Assembly: GCA_009914755.4 (NCBI GenBank)
Contig: CP068257.2
Span: 2,720,001-2,784,000, forward strand
Length of the DNA: 64,000 bases
Origin: the human T2T-CHM13v2.0 reference genome, Homo sapiens
Reading direction: 5' to 3'
The position numbers were made by a program, and so were the translations under genes. Under the pieces are notes generated by a model. That model worked only from the letters and a program-made list of their open reading frames with translations. It was not told the origin of the DNA and ran no database searches. Below, one piece after another: positions 14,101 to 29,100 of this stretch; position 1 is the stretch's first letter; the number at the start of each line of letters is the position of its first letter.

Positions 14101-17100
14101 TTCAGACCCTCATTGCAGTGATCTGGAATCCTATGTGAGGGACAAACAGAACACAGCAGGAGTGTTTTGGAATACCCTGTGAGGAACAAATATTCAGACC
14201 CTCGTCGCAGTGTTCTGGAATCCGATGTGAGGGACCAAAAATCAGACAATCGTAGAAGTGTTCTGAAATCCTATCTGAGGGACAAACATTCAGACCCTTG
14301 TAGCAGTGTTCTGGAATCCTGTGTGAGGGAGAAACATTCAGACAACCGTAGAACTGTTCTGGAATGTGAGTGACAAATATTCAGTCCCCAGCAGCAGTGT
14401 TCTGGAATCTTATGTGAGGGAAAAACATTCAAAAAACAGCGGAAGTTTTCTGGAATCCTACGTTAGAAACATAAATTCCAAGTATAATAATAATCGAAAT
14501 AATATAACATAAAAAGAAACATACATTCAGACCCTCGATGCAGTGTTCTGGAATTCTATGTGAGGGAGAAACACTCAGAACCCGGCCTCAGTGTTCTGGA
14601 ATCTGATGTGAAAGACATACACATAGACTCCTGCAGCAGTGTTCTGGAGTCCTATGTGGGGGACAAACATTAAGACCCCAGAAGCAGTGTTCTGGAATCC
14701 TACGTGAGGGACAGTCAATCAGACCCTCGTAGTAGTGTTCTGGAATTCTGTGTGAGGGACAAACATTCAGACCCTCCTTGCAGTTTTCTGGAATTCAATG
14801 TGAGGGACAAACTTTCAGACCACAGCAGGGGTGTTGTGGAATCCCCGGTGAGGAACAAACATTGAGACACTCGTAGCAGTGTTCAGGAATCCTATGTGAT
14901 GGACAATCATTTAAACCCCAGCAGCAGTGTTCTGGAATCCTATGTGAGAGAGAAACATTCAGACACTCGTAGCAGTGTTCTGGAATCCTATGTGAGGGAC
15001 AAACACTCAGAACCCAGCTGCAGTGTTCTGGAACGCTATGTTAGGGACAAACATTCAGACCACAGCAGGATTGTTCTGGAATTCTATGTGAGGGACACAC
15101 ACTCAGAAAACAGCAGGAGTGTTTTGGAATCCAACTTGGAGGACAAATATTCAGACCCTCATAGCAGTGTTCTGGAATCCTATGTGAGGGGCAAACATTC
15201 ACATAATCGTAGCAGTGTTCTGGAATCCTATGTGAGAGAGAAACATTCAGAACTTCATAACAGTGTTCTTAAATCCAATGTGAGGGACAAACATTCAGAC
15301 TGTCGTAGCGGTGTTCTGGAATCCTATGTGAGAGACAAACCCTCAGAACACAGCAAGAGTGTTTTGGAATCCTATGTGAGAGACAAATATTCAGATCCTC
15401 ATAGCAGTGTTCTGGAATCCTATGTTAGGGACAAACATTCAGACTATCGTAGCAGTGTTCTGGAATCCTACGTGAGGGACAAATATTAAGACTATCATAG
15501 CAGTGTTCTGGAATCCTATGGGAAGGACAATCATTCAGACCCTCGTACCACTGTTCTGTAATTCCGTGTGAGGGACAAAGCTTTAAACCAAAGAAGGAGT
15601 GTTCTGGAATCCCCTGTGAGGAACAAACATTCAGACCCTCGTATCAGGGTTCTGGAATCCTATTTGACAGAGAAACATATAGACCCCAGCAACAGAGTTC
15701 TGGGGTCCAATGTGAGAAAAAAACAATCAGACCCTCGTAGCAGTGTTCTGGAATCCTATGTGGGGGACAAACATTCAGAGAATCGTAGCAGTTTTCTGGA
15801 ATGCAATGTGAGGGAAAAACATTCAGACCCCTGTTGCAGTGTTCTGGAAACCTATGTGAGGGACACACATTCAGACCACTGCATGATTGATCTGGAATCC
15901 TATGTGAAGGACAAACACTCAGAACACAGCAGGAGTGTTTTGGAATCCTATGTGAGGGACAAACATTCAGACCCTCTTAGCAGTGTTCTGGAATCCTATG
16001 CGAGGGACAAACATTGAAACAATAACTGGAGTGTTCTGAAATCCTATGTTATGGACAAACATTCAGATCCTCATTGCATTGTTATGGAATTCTATGTGAG
16101 GGAGAAACACTCAGAAACTAACAGCAGTTTTCTGGCATCCTATGTGACAGACAAACTTTTAGACCCCAGCAGCAGTGTTGTTGAATCCTATGTGAGGGAC
16201 AAAAATTAAGACCCCGGCAGGAGTGTTCTGGAATCTTTTGTGAAAGACAAACATTCAGACACAGCAGGAGTGTTCTGGAATTGTATGTTAGCAACAAACA
16301 TTCGCATTCTAGCAGCAGAGTTTTTTGGTCCTATGTGAGGCGCTAACTTCCAGACGCTCGTAGCAGTTTTCTGGAATCTTATGTGATGGAAAAACATTCA
16401 GAATCTCGTAGCAGTGCTTTGGAATCCTATGTAAGCACAAACATTCGGACCCCAGCAGCAGTGTTCTGGAATCCTATTTGAGGCACAAACATTCAGACCC
16501 TCGTAGCAGTGCTCTGGAATGCTATGTGATGGAGATCCATTCATACTACAGCAGCAGAGTTCTGGAATCTTGTGTGAGGGACAGACATTCAGACCACAGC
16601 CGGAGTGTTATGGAATCCTATATTAGGGACAAACATTCAGACCCTTGTAGCAGTTTTCTGAAACCCTATGTCAGAGAGAAACATTCGGACCTCAGCAGCA
16701 GCGTTCTAGAATCCTATATGAGGCACATTCATTCAGACCCTCGTTGCAGTGATCTGGAATCCTATGTAAGGGACAAACACTCAGAACACAGCAGGAGTGT
16801 TTTGGAATCCCCTGTGAGGAACAAACATTCAGACCCTCATAACAATGTTCTGGAATCCTATGCGAGGGACCAACATTCAGACAATCGTAGAAGTGTTCTG
16901 GAATCCTATGTGAGGGACAAACATTCAGACCCTGGTAGAAGTGTTCTGGAATCCTATGTGAGGGACAAACATTCAGAAAACCGTAGCAGTGTTCTGGAAT
17001 CCTATGTGAGGGACAAACATTCAAACAACAGCGGGAGTGTTCTGGAATCCTATGTTAGGAACGTATATTCAAACCGTCGTTGCAGTGTTCTGGAATTCTA

Positions 17101-20100
17101 AGTGAGGGACAAACACTCAGAACCCAGCTGCAGTCTTCTGGAACCCTGTGTGAGAGACCAACATTCAGACAATCGTAGAAGTGTTCTGGAATCCTATGTG
17201 AGGGACAGTGATTCAAACACTCGTAGCAGTGTTCTGGAATCCTATGTGAAGTACAAATACTCAGAACCCAGCAACAGTGTTCTGGAACCCTATGTGAGAT
17301 ACAAACATTCCGACCACAGCTGTATTCTTCTGGAATCCTAAGTGAGGGACAAACCTTCAGACATTTGTAGCGGTGTTCTGGAATCCTACGTGAGGGACAA
17401 ACATTCAGACAATCGTAGAAGGGTTCTGGAATTCTATGTGAGTGACAAATATTCAGAGCCCCGTAGCAGTGTTCTGGAATCCTATGTGAGGGACAAACAT
17501 TCAGACCCCATCAGTAGTGTACTGGAATAACATGAGAGGGACAATCATTCAGACCCTCAGAGCAGTGTTCTGGAATTCTGTGTGATGGACATGCATTAGG
17601 AACCTCGTAGTAGTGTTCTGGAATCCTGTCTGAGGGACAAACGTTCAGACCACAGCAGGAGTGTTACGGAATCCCCTGTGAGGAAGAAACATTCAGACCC
17701 TCGTAGCAATGTTCTGGAATCCTACGTGATGGACAAACATTTAGACCATAGCAGCAGTGTTCTGGAATCCTATGTGAGGTACAAACACTCAGAACCCAGC
17801 AGCAGTGTTCTGGAACCCTATGTGAGGGACAAACATTCAGACCACTGCAGGATTGTTCTGGAATCCTATGTTAGGGACAAACACTCAGAACACAGCAGGA
17901 GTGTTTTGGAATCCTATGTGAGGGACAAATTTTGAGACCCTCGCAGCAGTGTTCCAGAATCGTATGTGAGGGACAAACATTCAGACCCTCGGAGCATTGT
18001 TCTGGAATGCTATGTTAGGGACAAACATTTAGACAATCGTAGCAATGTTCTGGAATAATATGTGAGGGACAAACATTCAGACAGTCTCAGCAGTGTTCTG
18101 GAATCCTATGCGAGGGACAAACATTCAGACCTCAGCAGCAGTGTTCTGGAATCCTATGTGAGGGACAAACTTTAAAACAACAGCGAAAGTGTTCTGGAAT
18201 CCTATGTTATGAACAAACATTCAGACCCTCGTCGCAGTGTTCTGGAATTCTATGTGAGGGAGAAATACTCAGAACCCAGCAGCAAGGTTCTGGAATCATG
18301 TGAAGGACATACATATAGACTCCAGCAGCATTGTTCTGGAATCCTATGTGAGGGACAAACATTCACACCCCAGCAGCAGCGTTCTGGAATCCTATATGAG
18401 GGACAATCATTCAGATGCTTGTAGCAGTGTTCTGGAATTCTGTGTGAGGGACAAACTTTCAGATGCTCATAGCAGTGTTCTGGAATTCTGTGTGAGGGAC
18501 AAACTTTCAGACCCTCGTAGCAGTGTTCTGGAATCCTGTGTGAGGGACAAACTTTCAGATGCTCGTAGCAGTGTTCTGGAATTCTGTGTGAGGAACAAAC
18601 CTTCAGACCCTCTTAGCAGTGTTCTGGAATCATATGTGTCGGACAAACATTTAGACCTCAGCAGCACTGTTCTAGAATCCTATGTGAGGGGCAATCATTC
18701 AGACACTCGCAGCGGTGTTCAGGAATCCGATGTGAGGGACAAACACTCAGAACCCAGCAGCAGTGTTCTGGAACCCTATTTGAGGGACAAACAGTCAGAT
18801 CACAGCTGTATTGTTCTGAAATCCTATGTGAGGAACAAACATTCAGACATTCGTAACGGTGTTCTTGAATCCTACGTGAGGAACAAACATTCAGACGCCA
18901 GCAGAATTGTTTTGGAATCCTATGTAAGGGACAAACATTCAAACAACAGCGGGAGTGTTTTGGAATCCTATGTGTGGGACAAACTTTAAGACAACAGCAG
19001 GAGTCTTCTGAAATCCTATGTGAGAAACAAACATTTACAACACAGCAGCAGTGTCCTGGATTCCTATGTGAGGGGCAAATATTCAGAACCTCGTAGCAGT
19101 TTTCTGGAATCCTAGGAGAGGGACAAACTCTCACAACCCAACAGGAGTGTTCTGGGAACCTGTGTGAGGGAAAAGCATTCAGACAACAGCAGGAGTGTTC
19201 TGGAATCATATGTGAGGGAGAAACACTCATATCACAACAGGAGTGTTCTAGAATCCCCTGTGAGGGACAAACATTCAGACCCTGGTAAGAGTGTTCCGGA
19301 AACCTATGTGAGGGGTAAGCATTTAGTTCCTCCTAGCAGTGTTCTGGAATCCTATGTGGGGGACAAACAGTCAGACCACAACAGGAGTGTACTAGAATCC
19401 CCTGTGAGGGACAAACATTCAGACCCTTGAAGCAGTGTTCTGGAATACTAGTGAGGGACAAAGATTCAGACTAGAGCAGAATTCTTCTGGAATCCTATGT
19501 GAGGAACGGATATTTAGACCACATCAGGAGTGTTCTGGAATGCTATTTGAGGGACAAACATTCAGTCCCTCTTAGCAGTGTCCTGGAATCCTTTGTGAGG
19601 GCTAACCACTCAGAACCCAGCAGCAGTGTTCTGGAATCCTATGAGAGGGACAAACATTCATACCACAGGAGGAATGTTCTGGAATCCTATGTGAGAGACA
19701 GACATTCAGACCCTGGTAGCAGTGTTCTGGAATCCTATGTGAAGGCCAAACACTCAGAAACCAGCAGCAGTGTTGTGGAATCCTATGCAAGCGACAAACA
19801 TTCAGATGCCAGAAGCATTGTTCTGGAATCCTATATGAGGGGCAAACATTCAGACCTAAGCAGGAGTGTTCTTTAATCCTATGTGATGGATAAACATTCA
19901 GACCCCTGCAGCAGTGTTCTGGATAACTATGTGTGGGAGAAACAGTCAGAAACCAGCAGAACGGTTCTGGAATCTTCTGTGATGGACAAACATTTAGAGT
20001 CTAGAAGCATTTTTAAGCAATCCTATGTGAGGGAGAAAACATCCAGACCCCAGCAGAAGTGTTCTGGAATCCTTTTTGAAGGAATAACATTTAGTCCCCA

Positions 20101-23100
20101 GCAGCAGTGTTCTGGAATCCTATGTGAAGGACAAACATTCAGACCCTCCTAGCAGTGTTGTGGAATCCTATGTGAGGGACAAACATACAGATCACAGCAG
20201 GAGGGTTATTGCGTCTTATGTGAGGGACAGCCAGAACCCAGCAGGGGTGTTATGGAATCCTATGTGAGGGACAAATATACAGACCACAGCAGAAGTTTTC
20301 TGGAATCCTTTGTGCAGAACAAACATTCAGACCACAGCAAAATTTTTCCAGAATCCTATGTGAGGGACAAAGCTTCAGAACCTCTTAGCAGTGCTTTTGA
20401 ATCCTATGTCAGGGACAAACTTTCAGACTCCTGTGGCAGTGTTTTAGAATTCGATGTGAAGGACAAACAATCAAAACCCAGAGGCAGTGTTCTTGGATCT
20501 TATGTGAAGGACAAACATTCAGACTCTCTTAGCAGTGTTCTGAAATCCTATGTGAGGGAAAAGTATTCAGACTCTCGTAGCAGTGTTCTGGAATCCGATG
20601 TGAGGGAGAAACATTCAGACCACAGAAGGAATGTTCTGGAATCCTATGTGAGTAACGTTCAGACCACAGCACGATTGTTCTGGAATCCCATGTGAGGTAC
20701 AAACATTCAGACGCCAGCAGCAGTGTTCCGAAATCCTATTGAGGGAAAAACTTTTAGACTCATGTAGCAGTGTTCTGTAATCGTACGTGAGGGACAAACA
20801 CTGAGAACCCAACAGCAGTGTTCTGGAATCCTTAGTGAGGAACAAACATTCAGACCACAGCAGGAGTCTCCTGGAATCCTTTGTGAGGGAGAATAATGCA
20901 GACCATCGTAGCAGTGATCTGGAATCCTATGTGAGGGAGAAACATTCAGACTCAAGTTACAGTTTTCTGGAATCCTATTTGAGGGACAAACCCTCAGACT
21001 ACAGCAGGAATATTTTAGAATCCCATGTTAGGGAGAAACATTCAGACCACAGCAGGATTGTTCCAGAAACCAATGTAAGGCACAAACACGGAGAACACAA
21101 GAGTGTTCTGGAACCCTATATGAGGGTCAAACATTCAGACCACAGCAGTAGTGTTCTGGAATCCTATGTGAGGGAGAATAATTCAGATGGTCATAGCATT
21201 GCTCTGGAATCCTATGTGAGGGACAAACATTTAGAACCCAGTAGCAGCGTTCTGGAATCCTATTTGAGGGACAAACACTCAGAACACTACAGGGATGTTT
21301 TGGAATCCTATGTTAGGGAGAAACATTCAGATGACCACAGGATTTTTCTGGAATCCCATGTGAGGCACAAACGCTCAGACAACAGCAGGAGTGTTCTAGA
21401 ATGCCATGTGAAGGTCAACCATTCAGACCACAGCAGTAGTGTTCTAGAATTCTATGTGAGGGACAAACATTCATACCCTCGTAGCAGTGTTCTGGAATCC
21501 TACGTAAGGGACAAACACTAAGAACCCAGCAGCAGTGTTCTGGCATTCTATCTGAGGGACGGAAATTCAGACCAAAGCAGGAGTATTCTGGAATCCTATG
21601 AGAGGTACAATCATTCAGAACCTCGTAGTAATGTTCTGGAATCCTATGTGAGAGAGAAACACTCAGAACCCAGCAGTAGTGATATGGAATCCTATGTGAG
21701 GGACAATCATTCAGACCATAGATTGGGTGTTCTTGAATCCTATGTGAGGGACAAACATTCAGACCCTCATAGAAGTGTTCTGGAATCCTATGTGAGGGAC
21801 AAACACTCAGAACCCAGCAGCAGTGTTCTGGAATCGGATGTAAGGTATAACCATTCAGACCACAGCAGGAGGGTTCTGGAATCTTATGTGAGGGACAATC
21901 ATTCAGACCCTCGTAGCGGTATTCTGGAATCCTGTGTGAGGGAGAAACCCTCAGAACCCAGCGGCAGTCTTCTGTAATCCTATTTGAGGGACAATCATTC
22001 AGACCACACCTGTGGTGTTCTGGAATCCTACATGTGGGACAAACTTTCAGACCCTTGTAGCATTGTTCTGGAATGCTATGTGAGGCAAACATTCACACCC
22101 TCGTAACAGTGTTCTGGAATTCTATGTGAGGGACAAACATTTAGACCCACTTAGTAGTGTTCTGGAATCGTACGTGAGGGACAAACACTCAGAACCCAAC
22201 ATCAGTGTTCTGGAATAATAAGATAGGGACAAACATTCAGACCACAGCAGGAGTGTTCTGCAACCTTATGTGTGGGAGAATAATTCAGAACCTCGTAGCA
22301 GTGTTATGGAATCCTATGTGAGGGACAAACATTCAGACCCCAGTACCAGGGCTCTGGAATCTTATTTGAGGGACAAAGACTCAGTCCACAGCAGGAATGT
22401 TTTGGAATCCTATGTGAGAGAGAAACATTCAGATAACAGCAGAATTGTTCTGGAATCCCATGTAAGGCACAAACACCCAGACCACAGAAGGAGTGTTCTG
22501 GAATCCTATATGAGGTTCAACCATTCGGACCACAGCAGGAGTGTTCTGAAATCCTATGTGAGGAACAAACATTCAGAACACAAGAGCAGTGTTCTGGAAT
22601 CTTATGTGAGTGACAAACATTCAGAACCCAGCAACAGTGTTCTGTAATCCTGTCTGAGAGACAAACATTCATACCACAGTAGGAGTGTTCTGGAGTCCAA
22701 TGTGAGGTACAATCATTCAGAACCCAGTAGCAGTGTCCTGGTTTCCTATGTGAGGGAGAAACACTCAGAACCCAGCAGCAGTGTTATGGAATCCTATGTG
22801 AGGGACAATCATTCAGACCACAGCTGGGGTGTTCTGGAATCCTACCTGTGAGACAAACATTTAGACCCTCGCAGCATTGTTCTGCAATCCTATTTGAGGA
22901 AAATTCATTCACAATACAGCAGGAGTGTTCTGGAGTCCTATGTGCGGAAGAAACATACAGACCCTCGTAGGAGTGTTCCAGAATCCTATGTTAGGGACAA
23001 TCCTTTAGACCCAAGTAGCAGTGTTTTGGAATCCTATTTGAGGGACAAACACTCAGACCACAGCAGGAATATTTTGGAAGCCTATGTGAGGAAGAAACAT

Positions 23101-26100
23101 TCAGAACACAGAAGGATTGTTCTAGAATCCAACGTGAGGCACAAACAGCCAGACCACAGCACTAGTGTTCTGGAATCCTATATGACGGTCATCCTTTCAG
23201 CCCACAGCAGTAGTGTTCTGTAATCCTATTTGAGGAACAAACATTAAGACAACAGCAGGCTTATTCTGGAAACCTCGGTGAGGAGCAAACATTGAGACCA
23301 CAGCATCAGTGTTCTGGAATCTTATGTGAGGGACAAACACTCAGAACCTTGCAGCAGTGTTCTGGAATCCTATCTGAGGGACAAACATTCAGACCAGAGC
23401 AGGAGTGTTCTTTAATCCTCTGTGAAGTACAATCATTGAGACACTCGTAGCAGTGTACTGGAATCCTACGTAAGGGAGAAACACTCAAAAACCAGCAGCA
23501 GTGTTCTGGAATCCTATGTGAGGGACAATCATTCAGACCACAGCTGGGGTGTTCTGTAATCCTACGTGTGGGACAAACATTCAGACACAATTAGAATTGA
23601 TCTGGAATCGCATGTGAGGAAAACACATTCAGAACACATCAGGAATCTTTTGGAGTCCTATGTGCGGGACAACCATTCAGAGGCTTGTAGCAGTGTTCCG
23701 GAATCCTATGTGAGGGAGAAACCTTTAGACCCACGTAGCAGTGTTCTGGAGTCGTACGTGAGGGACAAACCCTCAGAACCCAACATCAGTGTTGCAGAAT
23801 TCTAAGTGAGGGACAAACATTCAGACCACAGCAGGAGTGTTCTGGAATCCTATGTAAGGGAGAATAATTCAGAGCCTCGTAGCAGTGTTCTGCAATCCTA
23901 TGTGAGGAACAAACATTCAGACCACAGTAACAGTGTTCTGGAATCCTATTTGAGGGACAAACACTCAGAGCACAGCAGGGATGCTTTGGAACCCTATGTG
24001 AGGGAGAAATATTCAGACCACAGCAGGATTGTTCTGGAATCCCATTGGAGGCACAAACACCCAGACCACAGCAGGAGTGTTCTGCCATCCTATGTGATGG
24101 TCAACCATTCAGACCACAGCAGCAGTGCTCGGGAATCCTAGATGAGGTACAAACATTCAGACCACAGCAGGAGTGTTCTGGAATCCTATGTGAGATACAA
24201 TGGTTCAGACCCTTGTAGCAGTGTTCTGGAATCCTATGTGATGGAGAACCACTCAGAATCCAGCAGCAGTGTTCTGGAATCCTATGTGATGGAGAAACAC
24301 TCAGAACCCAGCAGCAGTGTTCGGGAGTCCTATGTAAGGTACAATCATTCAGACCACAGCTGGGGTGTTCTGGAATCCTATATGTGGGAAAAACATTCAG
24401 ACCCCGGTAGCATTGTTCTGGAATCCTATGTGAGGAAAATACATTGAGAACACATCAGGAGTGTTCTGGAGTCCTATGTGCGGGACAAACATTCAGACCC
24501 TCTTAGCGGTATTCTGGAATCCTATGTGAGGGAAAAACATTTAGACCCACATGGGAGTGTTCTGGAATCGTTCGTGAGGGACAAACACTCAGAACCCAAC
24601 AGCAGTGTTCTGGAATCCTAATGAGGGACAAACATTCAGACCACAGCAGGAGTGCGCTGGTATCCTATGTGAGGGAGAATAATTCAAACCCTCGTGATAG
24701 TGTTCTGGATTCCTATGTGATGGACAAATATTCAGACCTCAATACCAGTGTTCTGGAATCGTATTTGAGGGACAAACACTCAGACCATAACAGGAATGTT
24801 TTGGAATCCAATGTGAGGGAGAAACATTCAGACTACTGCAGGATTGTTCTGCAATCCCATGTGAGGCACAAACACCCAGACCACAGCAGGATTGTTCTGA
24901 AATCCTATGTGATGGTCAGACATTCAGACCACAGCAGTAGTAGTCTGGAATCCTGTATGAGAGACAAACATTCAGATTACAGCAGGATTGTTCTAGAATT
25001 CTATGGAGGAACAAACATTCAAACCATATCAGCACTGTTCTGGAATCCTATGTGAAGGGACAGACACTCAGAACGCAGCAGCAGTGTTCTGGAATCCTAT
25101 TTTAGGGACAAACACCCAGACAAGAGCAGGGGTGTTCTGGAATCCTATGTGACGGTCAACCATTCAGGCCACAGCAGTAGTGCTCTGCAATCCTATGTGA
25201 GGGACAAACATTCAGACCACAGCAAGAGTGTTCTGAAATCCTATGTGAGGGACAAACATTCAGAACCCAGCACCTTTTTTCTGGAATCCTATCTGAGTGA
25301 CAAACATTCAGAACAGAGCAGGAGTGTTCTGGAATCCTATGTGAACTACAATCATTCAGACCCTCGTAGCAGTGTTCTGGAATCGTATGTGAGGGAGAAA
25401 CACTCAGAACCCAGCAGCAGTGTTCTGGAATCCTATGGGAGGGACAATCATTCAGAACACAGCTGGGGTGTTCTGGAATCCTAAGTGTGGGAAAAACATT
25501 CAGACCCTGGTAGCATTGTTCTGGAATCCCATGTGAGGAAAATACTTTCAGGAAACAGGAGGAGTGTTCTGGAGTCCTACGTGAGAGAGAAACATTCAGA
25601 CCCTCCTAGCAGTGTTCTGGAATCCTATGTGAGGGACAAATATTTAGAACCACGTAACATTGTTCTGGAATCGCACGTGAGGGACACTCAGAACCTAACA
25701 GCAGTGTTCTGGAATCCTAAGTGAGGGACAAACATTCAGACCACAACAGGAGTGCTCTGGAATCCTATCGGAGGGAGAATAATTCAGACCCTCCTGTCAG
25801 GGTTTTGGAATCCTATGTGAGGGACAAACATTCAGACCCCAGTAGCAGTGTTCTACAATCCTGTTTGAGGGACAAACACTCAGACTGCAGCAGGAATGTT
25901 TTGGAATCCTATGTGAGGGAGAAACATTCAGACCACAGAAGGATTGTTCTGGAATCCCATGTGAGACACAAACACCCTGATCACAGCAGGAGTATTCTGG
26001 AATCATATCTGAGGGTCAACCGTTGAGACCACAGCAGTAGTGTTCTGGAATCCTATATGAGAGACAAACATTCAGACCACAGCAGCATTGTTCAGGAATC

Positions 26101-29100
26101 CTTTGTGAGGGACAAACACTCAGAACCCAGCAGCAGTGTTCTGGAATCCTATGTGAATGACAAATATTTAGACCCTCGTCGCAGTGTTCTGGAATGCTAT
26201 GGTAGGGACAAACTCTGAAAACTCAGCAGCAGTGTTCTGGAATCCTATGTGAGGGACAATCATTCAGACCACAGCTGGGGTTTTCTGGAATCCTACATGT
26301 GCGACAAGCATTCAGACACTCATAACATTCTTCTGGAATCCTATCATAGGAAAATACATTCAGAACACAGCAAGAGTGTTCTGGAGTCCTATGTGCGAGA
26401 AAAACATTCAGACCCTCGTAGCACTGTTCTGGAATCCTACGTAACAGACAAACATATAGACCCACGTGGCAGTGTTGTGGAATTGTACCTGAGGGACAAA
26501 CACTCAGAACCCAACAGTAGTGTTCTGGAATCCTAAGTGAGGGACAAACACTCAGACCGCAGCAGGAGTGCTCTTGAATACTTAGAGGGGAACAAATATT
26601 CAGACAACAGCAGGAGTGTTCTGGAATCCTATGTGAGGGAGAATAATTTATACCCTCATAGCAGTGTTCTGGAATCCTATTTGAGGGACAAACATTCAGA
26701 CCATCGTAACAGTGTTCTGGAATCCTATGTGAGGGACAAACACTCAGAACCCAGCAGCAGTGTTCTGGAATCCTATGTGAGGGACAATTATTCAGACCAC
26801 AGCTGGGGTGTTCTGGAATCCTAAGTGTGGGACAACCATTCAGACCCTCGTAGCATTGTTCTGGAATCCTAAGTGAGGAAAATACATTCAGAACACAGCA
26901 GGAGTGTTCTGGAATTCTACATGCGGGACAAACATTCAGACTCTCTTAGCAGTGTTATGGAGTCTTAGGTGAGGGACAAATATTCAGACCCTCATAGTAG
27001 TTTTCTGGAGCCCTATGTGAGGGACGAGCATTTAGACCAATGTAGAAGTGTTCTAGAATCGTATGTGAGTCACAAAACACTCAGAACCCAACAGCAGTGT
27101 TCTGGAATCCTAAGTGAGGGATAAACTTTCAGACCACAGCAGGAGTGTTCTGGAAACATAAGTGAGGGAGAAACATTCCCACGACAGCAGGAATGTTCTG
27201 GAGCCCTATGTGAGGGACAAACACTCAGACCACAGCAAGAATGCTTTGTAATCCTATGTGACAGAGAAGCATTCAGACCACAGCAGGATTGTTATGGAAT
27301 CTCATGTGAGGCACAAACACCCAGACCACAGCCGGAGTGTTCTGGAATCCTATGTGAGCATCAACCATTCAGACCACTGCAGTAGTGTTCTGGAATCCGA
27401 TGTGAAGAGCAAACATTCTGAGCCTCGTAGCATTGTTCTGTAATCTTATCTGAGGGATAAACATTCAGACTCTCTTGGCAGTGTTCTGGAATATTATGTG
27501 AGGAACAAATATTCAGACCCTCGTAGCAGTGTTCTGGAATCCTATGTGAGTGAGAAATACACAGAACCCAGCAGCAGTGTTCTGTAATCCTATGTGAGGA
27601 ACAAACATTAGGACACTCGTAGCAGTGTTCTGGAATCATATGTGAGGGAAAAACACTCAGAACCCAGCAGCACTGTTCTGGAATCCTATTTGAGGGAAAC
27701 TTTCAGACCACAGCAGGAGTATTCAGGAATCATATGTGAGGGACAAACATTCAGACCCTCATAGCCGTGTTCTGGAATCCTATGTGAGGGAGAATAATTC
27801 AGACCCTCATAGCAGTGTTCTCGAACCCCATTTGAGGGACAAACACTCAGAAGACAGCAGGACTGTTTTGGAATCCTACATGAGGGAGAAACATTCAGAC
27901 CCCAGCAGAAGTGTTCTGGAATCTTATTGCAGGTACAAACACTCAGAACCCAGCAGCAGTGTTCTGGAATCCTATGTTAGGGACTCACATTCAGAACCTC
28001 GTACCAGAGTTTTGGAATCCTCTGTGAGGGACAACCTTTCAGACCAAAGCAGCAGTGTTCTGGAATCCTATGTGAGGAATAAACATTCACAGCACAGCAG
28101 GAGTTTTCTGGTATCCTATTTAAGGGACAAACATTCAGACCCTCTTAGCAGTGTTGTGAAATCCTATGTAAAGGACAAACATTCAGACCACAGCAGTAGT
28201 GATCTGGAATCCTATGTGAAGGACAAATATTCAGAACCCTGCTGCAGTGTTCTAAAATCCTATGTGACAGACAAACATTCAAATCTTCGTAGCAGTGTTC
28301 TGGAATCCTATGCGAGGGACAAACATTCAGACCACAGCAGCACTGTTCTGGAATCCTATGTGAGAGATAAACACCCAGACCACAGCAGGAGTGTTCTGGA
28401 AGTCTATGTGATGAACAAACATTCAGAACACAGCAGGGGTGTTCTGGAATCCTGTGTGAGTGACAAACATTCACACCCAGCAGCATTGTTCTGGAGTCCT
28501 GTGTGTGGGACAAACATTCAGACCACAGCAGGAGTGTCCAGGAATCCTATGTGAGGGACAAACATTCAGACCCTCATAGCAGTGTTCTGGAGTCCTATGT
28601 GAGAGAAAAACACTCGGAAGCCAGCAGCAGATTTCTGGAATCCTATGTGAGGGACAAAGATTGAGAACCCCGTAGAAGTGTTCTGAAATCATATGTGAGG
28701 GACAAACTTCCAGACCCCAGCAGCAGTGTTCTTGAATCTTATGTGAGGGACAAACATTCAGATCAAATCAGGAGTGTTTTGGAATCCTATGTGAGGGACA
28801 AACATTCAGATTAAAGCAGGAGTGTTCTGGAATCCTAATTCAGGGACACACAGTTCAGACCACAGCAAGAGTGCCCTGGAATCCCATGTGTGGGAGAATA
28901 ATTCAGACGGTTGCTGCAGTGTTCTTGAATCCTATGAGAGGGAAAAACATTCAGACCCTCGTAGCACTGTTCTCGAATCCTATGTGAGAGACAAACACTG
29001 CGAACCCAGCAGTGTTCTGGAATCCAATGTGAGGGACAATCATTCAGACCACAGCTGGTGTGTTCTGGAATCCTACGTGTAGAACAAGCATTCAGAACCT

